Shown here in pieces: positions 28,301-37,248 of a stretch of 64,000 nucleotides of DNA. Numbering within the stretch: position 1 is the first letter of the stretch; every line of letters begins with the position of its first letter. The position numbers and the translations under genes are program-made. This DNA is from Candidatus Bathyarchaeia archaeon (GTDB lineage: Archaea; Thermoproteota; Bathyarchaeia; Bathyarchaeales; Bathycorpusculaceae), in contig JBMFOB010000004.1 of NCBI GenBank assembly GCA_049969855.1, positions 1-64,000 on the forward strand. The letters run 5' to 3'. The notes below the pieces were generated by a model. That model had not been told where the DNA came from, did not search any database, and was given only the letters and a program-made list of their open reading frames with translations.

Positions 28301-29074
28301 GATATGATGCTGTGTGCTTCTTATGGATACAGGGGAGACCTGCAAAAAGCCCTTTCCCTAGCTGAGGACAATCTCGCATTGGTCAAGCGAATCAAATATA
28401 CAGCTTTTATAGGAAGCGCATTGGGTACACTTGGCACATGTTACCGTTATCTTGGAGAATGGGATAAGAGCCTTAATTACTTTAAGGAGTCCTTTGACCT
28501 TGCTAGGGAAGCTGGAGAGTATCAAGAAACTGGAAATGCCGCCTCAGAGCTTGGAATGCTATATATGGAAATGGAAGACTACGATGAAGCTGAGAAATAC
28601 CTCAATGAAAGCGACAGCATTTTTGAGAAAGCAGGAGATACAGACAGTCAAATGACTACGCCACTACCAGCTCTTTCAAGACTATATTTGGAAAAAGGTG
28701 AAGTCGATAAAGCCACAGCTCTAATTGAGAAAATCTACGAATATGCAACAAAAGCCAAAAATCGATTGGCTATGTGTGATGCTGAGTTGTTGAAAGCAAT
28801 GCTTTTTAGGGAAAAGAAAAGCTGGGGGCAATCTATACAGCACTTTGAGAAAAGCCTTCAGGAAGCCAAATCCCTAAATATCCAAAATTGGCATGTCTTC
28901 CAATACGCAGAAATCCTATATGAATACGGTTTAATGTACCTCGAAAGAAACGAAGAAGGCGATAAAGAAAAGGCCTACTCGCTTCTCGATCAAGCTCTGA
29001 TGATATACCAGAAAGCCGATGCGAAAAAGAGAATAGAAAAGGTAATAGCGAAAAAGAAACTGCTCACGGCTTAG
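25391..29074 (+). CDS. Ser/Thr protein kinase - STAND (AAA_16) ATPase - TPR multidomain protein
   Basis: Kinase GEGGKG/VAIK/HRDIKPEN/DFG/APE; Walker A GEAGIGKT, Walker B LIILDDLQW, GNPFF; C-terminal TPRs; likely start TTG 25415. Confidence 0.92.
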   Translation: MLKFKGNFLSSRESLQSGRYVTLKKLGEGGKGIVYKARDTALNRIVAIKMLKSAVLTEEAYSRFMREAQAVAKLNHPNIVSIHDIGKEDGKQFFVLEFVDGMSLRELMGTYPEGKCDIKTVLRIGIDVCSALQYAHSQNILHRDIKPENIMITQEGNVKLMDFGLAKMLGQPRITQEGVIVGTVAYVAPEVALGKGADARSDLYSLGAVLYEAVTGRPPFIGEDSVKIIFSHIHDYPISPNKLNSKVPQALAECIMKLLEKEPTKRYQSAADLLNVLREIAEGFLREVYVPSHKTSVVVPPQRPFAMRETQLIDRVEEMNFLRETVDRAVRREGGLVFLCGEAGIGKTRLTRELDAYARLRGMQVLYGRCPALFRMDGVPPYVLWNEVIKDYLQVCTPEQLYKVIGFYPSEVCKLVPEIRQKLGTIPQSLPISPEQERDRLFEAVSQFMINLSKETPLLIILDDLQWTDQSSLLLLHYLARGVYREPLLLLGAYRDTDIDERHPLSPVLTELNRERLLQSAQLKRMSFNDVQEMIKQILDQDDVPREFCELVYEKTRGNPFFVEEVIKSLKEEEVIFREENRWKIKEVSKIEFPKTVKSIIKARISRLDEDCQNILTLASFVGNDFSFEAICGVINIEENKLLELMEKLLKTGLVKERVVRGEDVYYFADVIVRDVVHEEVSHLRHKKLHSSVGNALEKVYAKKIDEHFGELAYHFLEGSDKEKALDYFLKAGEKAQTVYAHNEALSYLQHALELLKEKRASPEQKVPVVEKLGDLNYWIGKPDAGMEYYGKALTLWDQLEDKKNIARLHTRMALMLWHGLGDKVKASEHHHMALEILEKEPESVELASLYEDVSHMLWRTGKSDEALIWTQKALALAEKLNAPDVIARCYNNLGVLKLKSGEFDKAAEYLRQGLKIDLENKLLGDALTFYNNLCTLYLSTGEFQKLFETAQEGSDMAKKVGALYPLAWLDMMLCASYGYRGDLQKALSLAEDNLALVKRIKYTAFIGSALGTLGTCYRYLGEWDKSLNYFKESFDLAREAGEYQETGNAASELGMLYMEMEDYDEAEKYLNESDSIFEKAGDTDSQMTTPLPALSRLYLEKGEVDKATALIEKIYEYATKAKNRLAMCDAELLKAMLFREKKSWGQSIQHFEKSLQEAKSLNIQNWHVFQYAEILYEYGLMYLERNEEGDKEKAYSLLDQALMIYQKADAKKRIEKVIAKKKLLTA

Positions 29075-29078
29075 GCTT

Positions 29079-29465
29079 TTAACATCTCTCTACTCTTATT
29101 TTCGTTCCGCTTTTCACGTTACTGAACAATTCAAGGTTTTTTGTTACTTGTCCGAGGATGTTTACTGGGCTGTATGGCTGTGATTCTCCATAGAATATGC
29201 ATATGGCGCTTCCCATGGGCCAAAAGGCTATTGCACCCTTTTCAACGGCACTTTTTGCTTTTTCTTCTCCCATTTTAATCGGTGTTTCAAAATAGACTTC
29301 CTCTTTCCATAGGGCGGCTCTGCCTTCTATTGGAAGTTTTCTAACAATCATGTCCACGGTTCTTGGCGCCAAAAAGCGTACGAGCTCTCCTTCCGCTTCC
29401 CCTAATCCTTCAATTACAAATTTTATTTTTACACGCGAAATCTCTTGCTCTTCACTGCTCACCAT
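29079..29465 (-). CDS. Cyclophilin-like fold protein (DUF369)
   Basis: APRTV...LPI, WKEEVYF, GAIAFWP.G.AICIFYG, SPVNILG. Confidence 0.85.
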   Translation of the reverse strand: MVSSEEQEISRVKIKFVIEGLGEAEGELVRFLAPRTVDMIVRKLPIEGRAALWKEEVYFETPIKMGEEKAKSAVEKGAIAFWPMGSAICIFYGESQPYSPVNILGQVTKNLELFSNVKSGTKIRVERC

Positions 29466-30789
29466 TTTCCACCTTTTTGAGAAATTCTTCCAATATTTGT
29501 TCAAGCGTTACTGGTCCTAACACTTGCAGTTCATATTTCACTCGCACTGTTGGCTTGTTCAGCGTCATAACCCTTCTCAAGTCGATGGGTGTTCCTATCA
29601 CAACAACATCGCAAGGCGTTCGGTCAATTGTTTCTTTAAGTTCGGCTATTTGTTTCTCGCCATAACCCAAAGCGGGAAGGATTGGTCCTAAATGGGCATA
29701 TTTTTTATAAGCTTCCCTTATTGAACCGACAGCGTATGGTCTCGGATCAACAATTTCGCCTGCTCCAGACTTTTTCGCCATTATAGTTGCAGCTCCATAG
29801 GGCATGTTTCCATGCGTCAATGTTGGACCGTCCTCGATTACTAGGACACGTTTTCCCTTAATCAGTTCAGGGTTGTCGGCTGTTACTGGCGAAGCTGCTT
29901 CCAATATTATGGCGTTTGGATTTACGCTTCTGACGTTTTCTTTAACTTTTTTCACGTTTTCTGGTTCTGCTGTGTCAACTTTGTTTATTATCACAACATT
30001 TGCCATTCTCAAATTAGCCTCTCCAGGATGATAAGTCAATTCGTGCCCTGCCCTATGGGGGTCAGCTACAACTATGTGCAAGTCTGGTTTGTAGAATGGT
30101 AAGTCGTTGTTGCCTCCATCCCAAACGATTATATCCGCCTCCTTTTCAGCTTCACGCAGAATCTTTTCATAGTCGACGCCTGCGTAAACAATTATGCCGT
30201 TGTCGATGTGGGGTTCGTATTCCTCTCTTTCTTCTATTGTGCATTCGTATTTGTCTAAATCTTCATATGAGGCGAATCTTTGGCAAATCTGCTTTGTTAA
30301 GTCGCCGTAGGGCATTGGGTGTCTAATGGCGACAACTCTTAAACCCTTGTTTTTGAGAATTTTTGCGACTTTTCTTGAAGTTTGGCTTTTTCCTGAACCA
30401 GTTCTAACAGCACCCACTGAAACAATTGGAACTTTTGCGTTCAGCATTGTTGTCTTCGGTCCCATTAAGCGGAAGTCTGCTCCGTTTGCCAATGCAATAG
30501 AAGCCTTGTGCATGACATATTCGTGAGAGACATCGCTGTAGGCGAAAACAACTTGGTCAACATCATGTTGCCGTATTAGTTTGGGCAGGATTTCTTCTGG
30601 ATAAATTGGTATACCCTTTGGATAATTTGGACCTGCAAGCTCTGCAGGGTAAATTCTGCCTTCTATGCCGGGAATCTGCGTAGCTGTGAAGGCGATAACT
30701 TCATAGGCGTCATTGCTTCGGAAGTAAACATTGAAGTTGTGGAAGTCCCTACCCGCCGCTCCCATTATAATAACCTTAACTTTCTCCAT
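29452..30789 (-). CDS. cDPG-synthetase-like P-loop protein; candidate arginine synthetase (ArcE family)
   Basis: IMGAAGRDFHNFN, AFTATQIP, AVRTGSGKS, RHPMPYG, EEREEYEPH, WDGGNND, EDGPTLTHG. Confidence 0.8.
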   Translation of the reverse strand: MEKVKVIIMGAAGRDFHNFNVYFRSNDAYEVIAFTATQIPGIEGRIYPAELAGPNYPKGIPIYPEEILPKLIRQHDVDQVVFAYSDVSHEYVMHKASIALANGADFRLMGPKTTMLNAKVPIVSVGAVRTGSGKSQTSRKVAKILKNKGLRVVAIRHPMPYGDLTKQICQRFASYEDLDKYECTIEEREEYEPHIDNGIIVYAGVDYEKILREAEKEADIIVWDGGNNDLPFYKPDLHIVVADPHRAGHELTYHPGEANLRMANVVIINKVDTAEPENVKKVKENVRSVNPNAIILEAASPVTADNPELIKGKRVLVIEDGPTLTHGNMPYGAATIMAKKSGAGEIVDPRPYAVGSIREAYKKYAHLGPILPALGYGEKQIAELKETIDRTPCDVVVIGTPIDLRRVMTLNKPTVRVKYELQVLGPVTLEQILEEFLKKVENGEQ

Positions 30790-30870
30790 AACACATTTCT
30801 CCTTGTGAGAATCTCTGACAAGTGGGTTCAATACTACTTAATCATTCCATATAAACCTTAACATGCAATC

Positions 30871-31974
30871 CTATCCTATCATATGTAAAACTGTGTCGCC
30901 TATGAAATTTATTTGCTCTGTTGTGACGCCTGGGTGAACTGGTAATGAAAACACTTGTTTTGAGGCTTTCTCTGTTTCTGGAAGTCTATATTTTCCAAAT
31001 TTTATGTAATAGGGCATGAGGTGCACTGGGTTCACGTAGTATGCTTCTGCCCCTATTCCCCTTTGCCTCAATTCTTCTAAAATTTTGTTTCTTTCTTTTT
31101 CACTAGCGTTTTTTAGTCTAACCGTATAGAGGTACCAGCTGTGTTTGCAATCTTTTGTTTCTTTTGGTAGTTGTAAATTTTTTGTGTTTGTAAGTTTTTC
31201 CGTTAGTTTCATGGCGTTTTGGCGTCGTTTGGCTGAAAATTTTGGCAGTTTTTGAAGTTGCGCATATCCTATGGCTGCTTCTATTTCTGGCATACGATAG
31301 TTGTAGCCAAGCATAGTGGATTTGTACTTCTCCTGTTCGCCATGGCTTCTCATTATGCGAATCTTTTCTGCAATCTCTTCGTTGTTTGTTGTTACTATGC
31401 CGCCTTCGCCTGTGGTAATGTTTTTGCTTGCGTATAAACTCCAACATGCAACATCAGCGAATTTTCCGACAGGTTTGCCTTTGTATGTTGCGCCGTGGGC
31501 TTGGGCTGCGTCTTCAATTATTAGTAATGCGTGTTTGTCGGCGATTTCCCTTATTGGTTGCATGTCAGCTGGTAAACCATAAAGGTCCACGGGAACTATG
31601 GCTTTTGTCTTTTTTGTAATTGCCTTTTCAATTTTTTTGGGAGAAATGTTGTATGTTTCTGGGTCTATGTCTACAAAGACTGGTTTCGCTCCAGCCATAA
31701 GGATAGCCTCGGCTGTTGCCACAAAAGTGAAACTTGGCAAAATCACTTCGTCTCGTGGTTTTATTCCAGCCCCAATCATTGCTAAATGTAAGGCTGCTGT
31801 TCCGCTGTTTACGGCTATGGCATGTTTTGCTTCTGCGTATTTTGCGAAAGCTTCCTCAAACTTTTTGACCATGGGTCCAGCGCCGAGGGCGTGGGTCAAT
31901 ATACCACTTTTCAAAACTTCTGTTACGGCCTCAATTTCTTCCTTTCCAATTTGTGGAGCATTTATTGGAATCAT
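30871..31974 (-). CDS. DegT/DnrJ/EryC1/StrS sugar aminotransferase
   Basis: NSGTAALH, FTFVAT, EDAAQAHG, SLYASKNITTGEGG, GYNYRM. Confidence 0.95.
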   Translation of the reverse strand: MIPINAPQIGKEEIEAVTEVLKSGILTHALGAGPMVKKFEEAFAKYAEAKHAIAVNSGTAALHLAMIGAGIKPRDEVILPSFTFVATAEAILMAGAKPVFVDIDPETYNISPKKIEKAITKKTKAIVPVDLYGLPADMQPIREIADKHALLIIEDAAQAHGATYKGKPVGKFADVACWSLYASKNITTGEGGIVTTNNEEIAEKIRIMRSHGEQEKYKSTMLGYNYRMPEIEAAIGYAQLQKLPKFSAKRRQNAMKLTEKLTNTKNLQLPKETKDCKHSWYLYTVRLKNASEKERNKILEELRQRGIGAEAYYVNPVHLMPYYIKFGKYRLPETEKASKQVFSLPVHPGVTTEQINFIGDTVLHMIG

Positions 31975-32058
31975 AGGTTTTCACCGCCAAGTTAGGTATG
32001 CTGCTTGGTGTTAATAATTTCTGTGTTTGAATAAATTTTGGTTGTATTAAAAACTAAG

Positions 32059-32682
32059 TTAAATGGTTGGAAAAGTGTTTAAACTTTTGATTCTGTTTAG
32101 GAATTCCTCCATTTCTTTTTCCACTTCTTCCTTTCTCTTCGTCAAAAACTCTAACTCCTCAGATATTTCGTCTAACCATTCTTTCATGGCTAAATTGCAT
32201 TCTTCCCGTGTCATTTTTGCAAGATATTTGGAAACATCTTCTGGATTGCGTTTTCTTAACAAGCGAAGGGGACAATTTATTCTTTGAAATTTTGAAAAAG
32301 AGAAGAAATGTCTGGTTGAACGTGGCTTCATGAGACGTCCACTAAGCCCTGCTGAGAGAACCTTATCAACGGTTATTTCTTCGTCGGGATTGCCTATGTA
32401 ACGGTGAATCCTTCTCCTTCCAACTCGTATTTTTGGATTTTGGAAGGCATCAACAAGTATGACTGGTATTAGTGTGTAGCCGAGGCTTTTTAAGGCGAGC
32501 CACCGGTGCATTCCGTCTAGGATTACATGGGTTTTTTCATCTGCTATTATTGGATACTTTAGTAAGCCGTCTCTAAGGATTTCTTGTTTAAGCAGTTCCA
32601 AATATAATGGAGAGCCTTTTTCGTGGGGTTTCAAAGAGTTTATTGGAAGCAAAACAATTTTTAAATCCTGTTTTTCCGTCAT
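32059..32682 (-). CDS. ParB/Srx-fold protein, SbnI/SerK-like (candidate free-serine kinase)
   Basis: L.PHE, I..DG....PI, VILDGMHRW.ALK.LG...IPV, GRLM.P.STRH; start ATG 32682. Confidence 0.7.
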   Translation of the reverse strand: MTEKQDLKIVLLPINSLKPHEKGSPLYLELLKQEILRDGLLKYPIIADEKTHVILDGMHRWLALKSLGYTLIPVILVDAFQNPKIRVGRRRIHRYIGNPDEEITVDKVLSAGLSGRLMKPRSTRHFFSFSKFQRINCPLRLLRKRNPEDVSKYLAKMTREECNLAMKEWLDEISEELEFLTKRKEEVEKEMEEFLNRIKSLNTFPTI

Positions 32683-32692
32683 GTGCTTTACC

Positions 32693-34048
32693 TTAGTGGC
32701 TAAAGGTTGAAACTTCGATTTTTTCAGGTTCATAATCTACCAGTTTGCCGCTGAGAAACTGCTCGTAAGCCGTTAGGTCAAGTAAGCCGTGTCCACTGTA
32801 ATTCATTGCAATTATTTTTTTCTCGCCTGTTTTCTTGCATTTTAGTGCTTCATCTATTACATATTTTAGGCTGTGGGCGGTTTCGGGAGCTATTATTAAT
32901 CCTTCTGTTTGGGCTAGAATCTTTGCGGCTTCGAAAACTTCATTTTGACTGTAAGCAACAGAGCGCATATACCCCTTATATATTAGGTATGACATCAAAG
33001 GCGCCATCCCGTGATATCGCAATCCGCCAGCATGTATGGGTGGACAAGCATATCCATGTCCAATTGTTAACATTTTCAGAAGTGGCGTCATTTTGCCTGT
33101 GTCTCCATAATCGTATGTGTAGATGCCTCTTGTTGTGTGGGGAACGGCTTTTGATTCGCAAGCAACAAATTCTGTTTTTGTTTTGCCTTTGAGCTTGTCC
33201 ATCATGAAGGGGAATGCGAAGCCTGCATAGTTTGAGCCTCCGCCTATGCATCCGCAAATTATGTTTGGGTAAATGTCCATAAGTTCGAATTGTTTTTTTG
33301 CTTCTAAGCCTACTATTGTTTGGTGCATGAGAACGTGATTCAGCACGGAGCCTAAAGAGTACCGTGTATCTTCGTTTGTAAGCGCATCTTCAATGGCTTC
33401 TGTGATGGCTATTCCCAAAGTTCCAGGATTGTCTGGGTTTTCTTTGAGCAGTTTTCTGCCGAAATTTGTTTGTTCGCTTGGTGATGGGAACATTTCTGCG
33501 CCGTAAATCTGTGCTATGATTCTTCTGCCTGGCTTTTGGTAATAGCTTGTTTTAACCATGTAGATTCGGCATTTCAGTCCGAAAATGGTGCATGAAAAGG
33601 CTAGGGCTGTGCCCCACTGTCCTGCTCCGGTTTCAGTCACTAGTCTTTTGATTCCTTGTTGTTTGTTGTAGTAGGCTTGTGCAAGGGCGGTATTAGTTTT
33701 GTGGCTTCCTGTTGGGCTGAAGTTTTCGCATTTGAAGTATATCTGGGCTGGTGTTTTCAAATAATTTTCTAGGCGTTTTGCTCTGTAAAGTGGTGTTGGA
33801 CGTGGAAGCCTTAGGTATGCATCGAGTATTTCATCCGGTATTTTTATGTAGCGTTCTGTGGAAACTTCTTGTTTTATGAGTTCTTTTGCGAATATTCTCT
33901 CAAGTAGTTGTGGGCTTATGGGTTTTAGGGTTGTTGGGTCCAATGGTGGTGGTAATGGTTCTGGGAGATCTGCTTGGATATTGTACCATTCTCTGGGTAT
34001 TTCTTCGGGATTTAACTGTGTGAAGCTTTCATTAATTTTTGAATGCAT
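32693..34048 (-). CDS. trpB2: Tryptophan synthase beta, TrpB2 type
   Basis: IPREWYNI, RPTPLYRA, GSHKTN (PLP Lys), TETGAGQWG, LGSVLNHV, GGGSN, HAGGLRYHG, APET.H, SGHG. Confidence 0.95.
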   Translation of the reverse strand: MHSKINESFTQLNPEEIPREWYNIQADLPEPLPPPLDPTTLKPISPQLLERIFAKELIKQEVSTERYIKIPDEILDAYLRLPRPTPLYRAKRLENYLKTPAQIYFKCENFSPTGSHKTNTALAQAYYNKQQGIKRLVTETGAGQWGTALAFSCTIFGLKCRIYMVKTSYYQKPGRRIIAQIYGAEMFPSPSEQTNFGRKLLKENPDNPGTLGIAITEAIEDALTNEDTRYSLGSVLNHVLMHQTIVGLEAKKQFELMDIYPNIICGCIGGGSNYAGFAFPFMMDKLKGKTKTEFVACESKAVPHTTRGIYTYDYGDTGKMTPLLKMLTIGHGYACPPIHAGGLRYHGMAPLMSYLIYKGYMRSVAYSQNEVFEAAKILAQTEGLIIAPETAHSLKYVIDEALKCKKTGEKKIIAMNYSGHGLLDLTAYEQFLSGKLVDYEPEKIEVSTFSH

Positions 34049-34161
34049 ACAGATGTCCCCTTATGTATATTTTTGTTCATTTGCGTATGATATTATACTC
34101 AAGACAACACGAACATATTTATACTTTACTGCACAAAAAAGTACATGAAGGAATCTGTAAC

Positions 34162-34665
34162 ATGTGGAGCAAAATTGCAAAATGCCTAGAAGACTATCCA
34201 GAACGGCTCAAAGTAGCTCGAGTTCTCGTAGAAAATGGACTGAGCGTGAGAAACGGAAAAATCTATCTTAACGAAATTGAAGTTCCACCGGTTCGCATAG
34301 CAAGAGTTGCTGGAGTAGACAGAAGAACAGTGAACGAGACGCTGAATGCTATCCGCACAAACCGCGAACTTAAGCCAATTTTTGAAGGGTTAAGGTCTGC
34401 TGGGCATTCTTTAAAGGAGATTGCTAAACATTTGGATTTGGGAGTTGTTGAAATAACTCCTGTTGATGCACGAATTCCGGGCATACTTGCAAGCTCCGCC
34501 TCAATTCTTGCGAATGCTGGTTTGAGTATAAGGCAGGCGATAGTTGATGATCCAGAGTTGTCGCCTGAGCCTAAATTAACTTTGATTGTTGAGAGAAAAA
34601 TTCCAGGCGAATTGATTCCAGAATTTCTAAAAATAAAGGGAGTGGCTAAAGTTTCAATTTATTAA
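34162..34665 (+). CDS. ACT-domain regulator of amino-acid metabolism (COG2150-like)
   Basis: MW..I...YP..VAR..GL, IARVAGVDRRTV HTH, C-terminal ACT (PGILA...SIRQAI.DDP); start ATG 34162. Confidence 0.85.
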   Translation: MWSKIAKCLEDYPERLKVARVLVENGLSVRNGKIYLNEIEVPPVRIARVAGVDRRTVNETLNAIRTNRELKPIFEGLRSAGHSLKEIAKHLDLGVVEITPVDARIPGILASSASILANAGLSIRQAIVDDPELSPEPKLTLIVERKIPGELIPEFLKIKGVAKVSIY

Positions 34666-34749
34666 ATGTTTCATGTTATGGATTGATTTTTTTAACCGCT
34701 ATGAATAATAAAGAGTTTGATGAGTGAATCATTCGCTTGGGGTTTGTAA

Positions 34750-36732
34750 ATGCCTAGGATAGGCGTTTATGTTTGCCACTGCGGTTTGAACATAGCTGGA
34801 GTTGTTGATGTAGAGAAGGTGGCTAATTATGCTGAGAAGTTGCCAGATGTTGTGGTGGCTAGGCATTATGTTTACATGTGTTCTGAAACTGGACAGCGCA
34901 TGATAAAAGAAGACATTAAAGCGCATAACCTTAACCGAATAGTTATCGCCACATGCTCGCCGAGAATGCATGAAGAAACTTTCCGCAGAACCGTTGCTGA
35001 GGCAGGCTTAAACCCTTACCTTCTTGAAATCGTCAATTTGAGAGAACATGTCTCTTGGGTTCACAGCGAAGAGCCAGAAAAAGCAACGGAAAAAGCTAAA
35101 GACCTTGTGAAGATGGGCGTAGCACGTGTTAAACTTTTGGAGCCTTTGGAAAAGCGAAGGGTTAGCGTGGAGAAAAGTGTTTTAGTTGTCGGCGGCGGGA
35201 TTGCTGGGATACAGGCTTCGTTGGATTTGGCTGATGCTGGTTTTAGAGTTTATCTTGTTGAGAAGGCGCCTAGCATTGGCGGGCGCATGGCACAGTTGGA
35301 CAAGACTTTTCCAACCCTTGATTGTAGTGCTTGCATTCTCACTCCTAAAATGGTTGATGTTGCAAGACACCCAAAAATAACATTGTTGACGAATTCTGAG
35401 GTTACAAATGTTAGTGGGTTTGTTGGAAATTATGAAGTTTCAGTTGTAAAGAAGCCCCGTTATGTGGATGAGAAAAAATGTGTTGGTTGCGAACTATGCA
35501 CTCAAGTTTGTCCAGTTAAGGTTCCAGACGAATTTAATGAAGGCTTAAGCCAAACACGCGCAATATCAGTTTATTCTCCCTATGCCGTGCCAAAAGTAGC
35601 CATAATAAACCCAAACCATTGCCTAAGACTGAAATATGATAAAGATGTTTGCGGTAAATGCTTAAACGCATGTGAAGCAAAAGCCATAAACTTTGCACAG
35701 CAACCAGAAGAACTTAGGCTTAAAGTGGGCGCCATAATCTTGGCTGTTGGAGCGGAAGTTTTTGACGCTTCTAAAATGCCAGAGTTAGGATATAAACGAT
35801 ACAAGAATGTAATATCCAACATAGAATTTGAAAGGATTTTGAATGCTTCTGGACCTACTAAAGGAGAAATTTGCCGCCAAAACGGCGAGCCTCCGAAAAC
35901 TATCGTTTTTGTTCAATGTGTGGGTTCCAGAGACAAACGTTTTCATGAATATTGCTGTCGTGTAGGGTGTATGGCAACTTTAAAACAAGCAATTCTTGTT
36001 CAAGAAAGGTTAGGAGAAAACGTGAAAATTTATGTTTGCTTTAATGATATGCGTGCTTTTGGCAAGGGATATGATGAGTTTTATAGACGAGCAAGAGAGT
36101 TAGACATAGAATTTGTTGCAGGGTTGCCATCAGACATTCGAAGCGCTTCGGACGGTTCACTTTACTTTGATGTTTACGATAAAGGAACAAACAAGCTTTT
36201 GGAAATGCGACCAGACTTAATTGTTCTAGCGAACGGATTAGTTCCAAACAGCGACCTTGAAAAAGTAAGCGCCCTATTCCATGTCTCAAGGAGCGCCGAT
36301 GGTTTTCTTTTAGAGGCACATCCAAAACTGCGACCTCTAGAGAGTTTGACAGCTGGAATTTTCATTGCGGGTTCTTGTCAAGGACCTAAGGATATACCAG
36401 ACACTGTTGCCCAAGCCAGCGGGGCAGCAGCAAAAGTAATCGACCTTTTGGCGAGTGGGGTAATTGAGCTTGAGCCTTTAACAGCGGTTATTGATAAGAA
36501 CTTATGCAGTGGTTGTCAAGTTTGTGAGCCGCTTTGTCCGTTTTTTGCGATAGAAATGAAAACGGAAACCGTGGAAGGTGTGGAAAAAGTTAAAGCGGAA
36601 ATTATTGAAGCCATGTGTCAAGGCTGTGGTCTCTGCGTTTCAGCATGTCCCACCAAAGCAATCAAAATGCGGCATTATAATGATGAGCAATTTCTGGCGC
36701 AAGTTCAAGCATGCTGTTCTGAAAGGAGGTAA
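34750..36732 (+). CDS. hdrA: Heterodisulfide reductase subunit A (flavin-based electron-bifurcating subunit)
   Basis: RIGVYVCHCG.NI, CSPR.HE, GGGIAG, DKTFPTLDC..CI, QCVGSR, CCRVGC, EAHPKL, two ferredoxin domains. Confidence 0.96.
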   Translation: MPRIGVYVCHCGLNIAGVVDVEKVANYAEKLPDVVVARHYVYMCSETGQRMIKEDIKAHNLNRIVIATCSPRMHEETFRRTVAEAGLNPYLLEIVNLREHVSWVHSEEPEKATEKAKDLVKMGVARVKLLEPLEKRRVSVEKSVLVVGGGIAGIQASLDLADAGFRVYLVEKAPSIGGRMAQLDKTFPTLDCSACILTPKMVDVARHPKITLLTNSEVTNVSGFVGNYEVSVVKKPRYVDEKKCVGCELCTQVCPVKVPDEFNEGLSQTRAISVYSPYAVPKVAIINPNHCLRLKYDKDVCGKCLNACEAKAINFAQQPEELRLKVGAIILAVGAEVFDASKMPELGYKRYKNVISNIEFERILNASGPTKGEICRQNGEPPKTIVFVQCVGSRDKRFHEYCCRVGCMATLKQAILVQERLGENVKIYVCFNDMRAFGKGYDEFYRRARELDIEFVAGLPSDIRSASDGSLYFDVYDKGTNKLLEMRPDLIVLANGLVPNSDLEKVSALFHVSRSADGFLLEAHPKLRPLESLTAGIFIAGSCQGPKDIPDTVAQASGAAAKVIDLLASGVIELEPLTAVIDKNLCSGCQVCEPLCPFFAIEMKTETVEGVEKVKAEIIEAMCQGCGLCVSACPTKAIKMRHYNDEQFLAQVQACCSERR

Positions 36733-37248
36733 TTGAGTATGGGTTTAACAGATTTAATGTCAATGGCTAAACCCAACATGGAAGTGCGTGAAAAATTTTT
36801 GTCAAAGCTTGGCAACAAAGAACTCATTAACTGTTTTCAATGTTTAAAATGCACCAGCGGATGCACAGCGTTAAAACTTTTAGAGTTGAAGCCTCATGAA
36901 ATAGTTAAACTTGTCAATTTTGGCTTTGTGGATGAATTGGCGTCGTCGGAAATAATTTGGACTTGTGTAACATGCCTAAAGTGTGTGCAAAGGTGCCCAC
37001 AGAAAGCCTCACCATACCACACGATAATGGTTCTTAGGAATATGGCTGTTGAAAAGGAAGTGCAGATACCTGAAGAATACTTGAAAGCTTTCTCAAGAAT
37101 TCTCGAAACAGGCTTGGCTGAAGCACCTCAAGAAGTCACGACAAAAAAGATGGAAGTTTTTGATCGTAAAAGTCTAAAGTTGCCAAAAATCAACCTTCCA
37201 AAGGAGAGTTTTCAAGCAGCGTTTATGAAAATTATGGAGGAGAAATAG
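36733..37248 (+). CDS. hdrC: Heterodisulfide reductase subunit C
   Basis: CFQCLKCTSGC and WTCVTCLKCVQRCP 2x[4Fe-4S] motifs. Confidence 0.9.
   Translation: MSMGLTDLMSMAKPNMEVREKFLSKLGNKELINCFQCLKCTSGCTALKLLELKPHEIVKLVNFGFVDELASSEIIWTCVTCLKCVQRCPQKASPYHTIMVLRNMAVEKEVQIPEEYLKAFSRILETGLAEAPQEVTTKKMEVFDRKSLKLPKINLPKESFQAAFMKIMEEK

Noticed and set aside
32059-32682. Chromosome-partition ParB
   Set aside because: No HTH domain, no GxxR CTP motif context and no parA neighbour; the HE and TRH motifs fit the SbnI/SerK-like branch better
34750-36732. Selenocysteine recoding in HdrA
   Set aside because: The usual Sec position reads Cys (TLDCSACI) and there is no in-frame TGA
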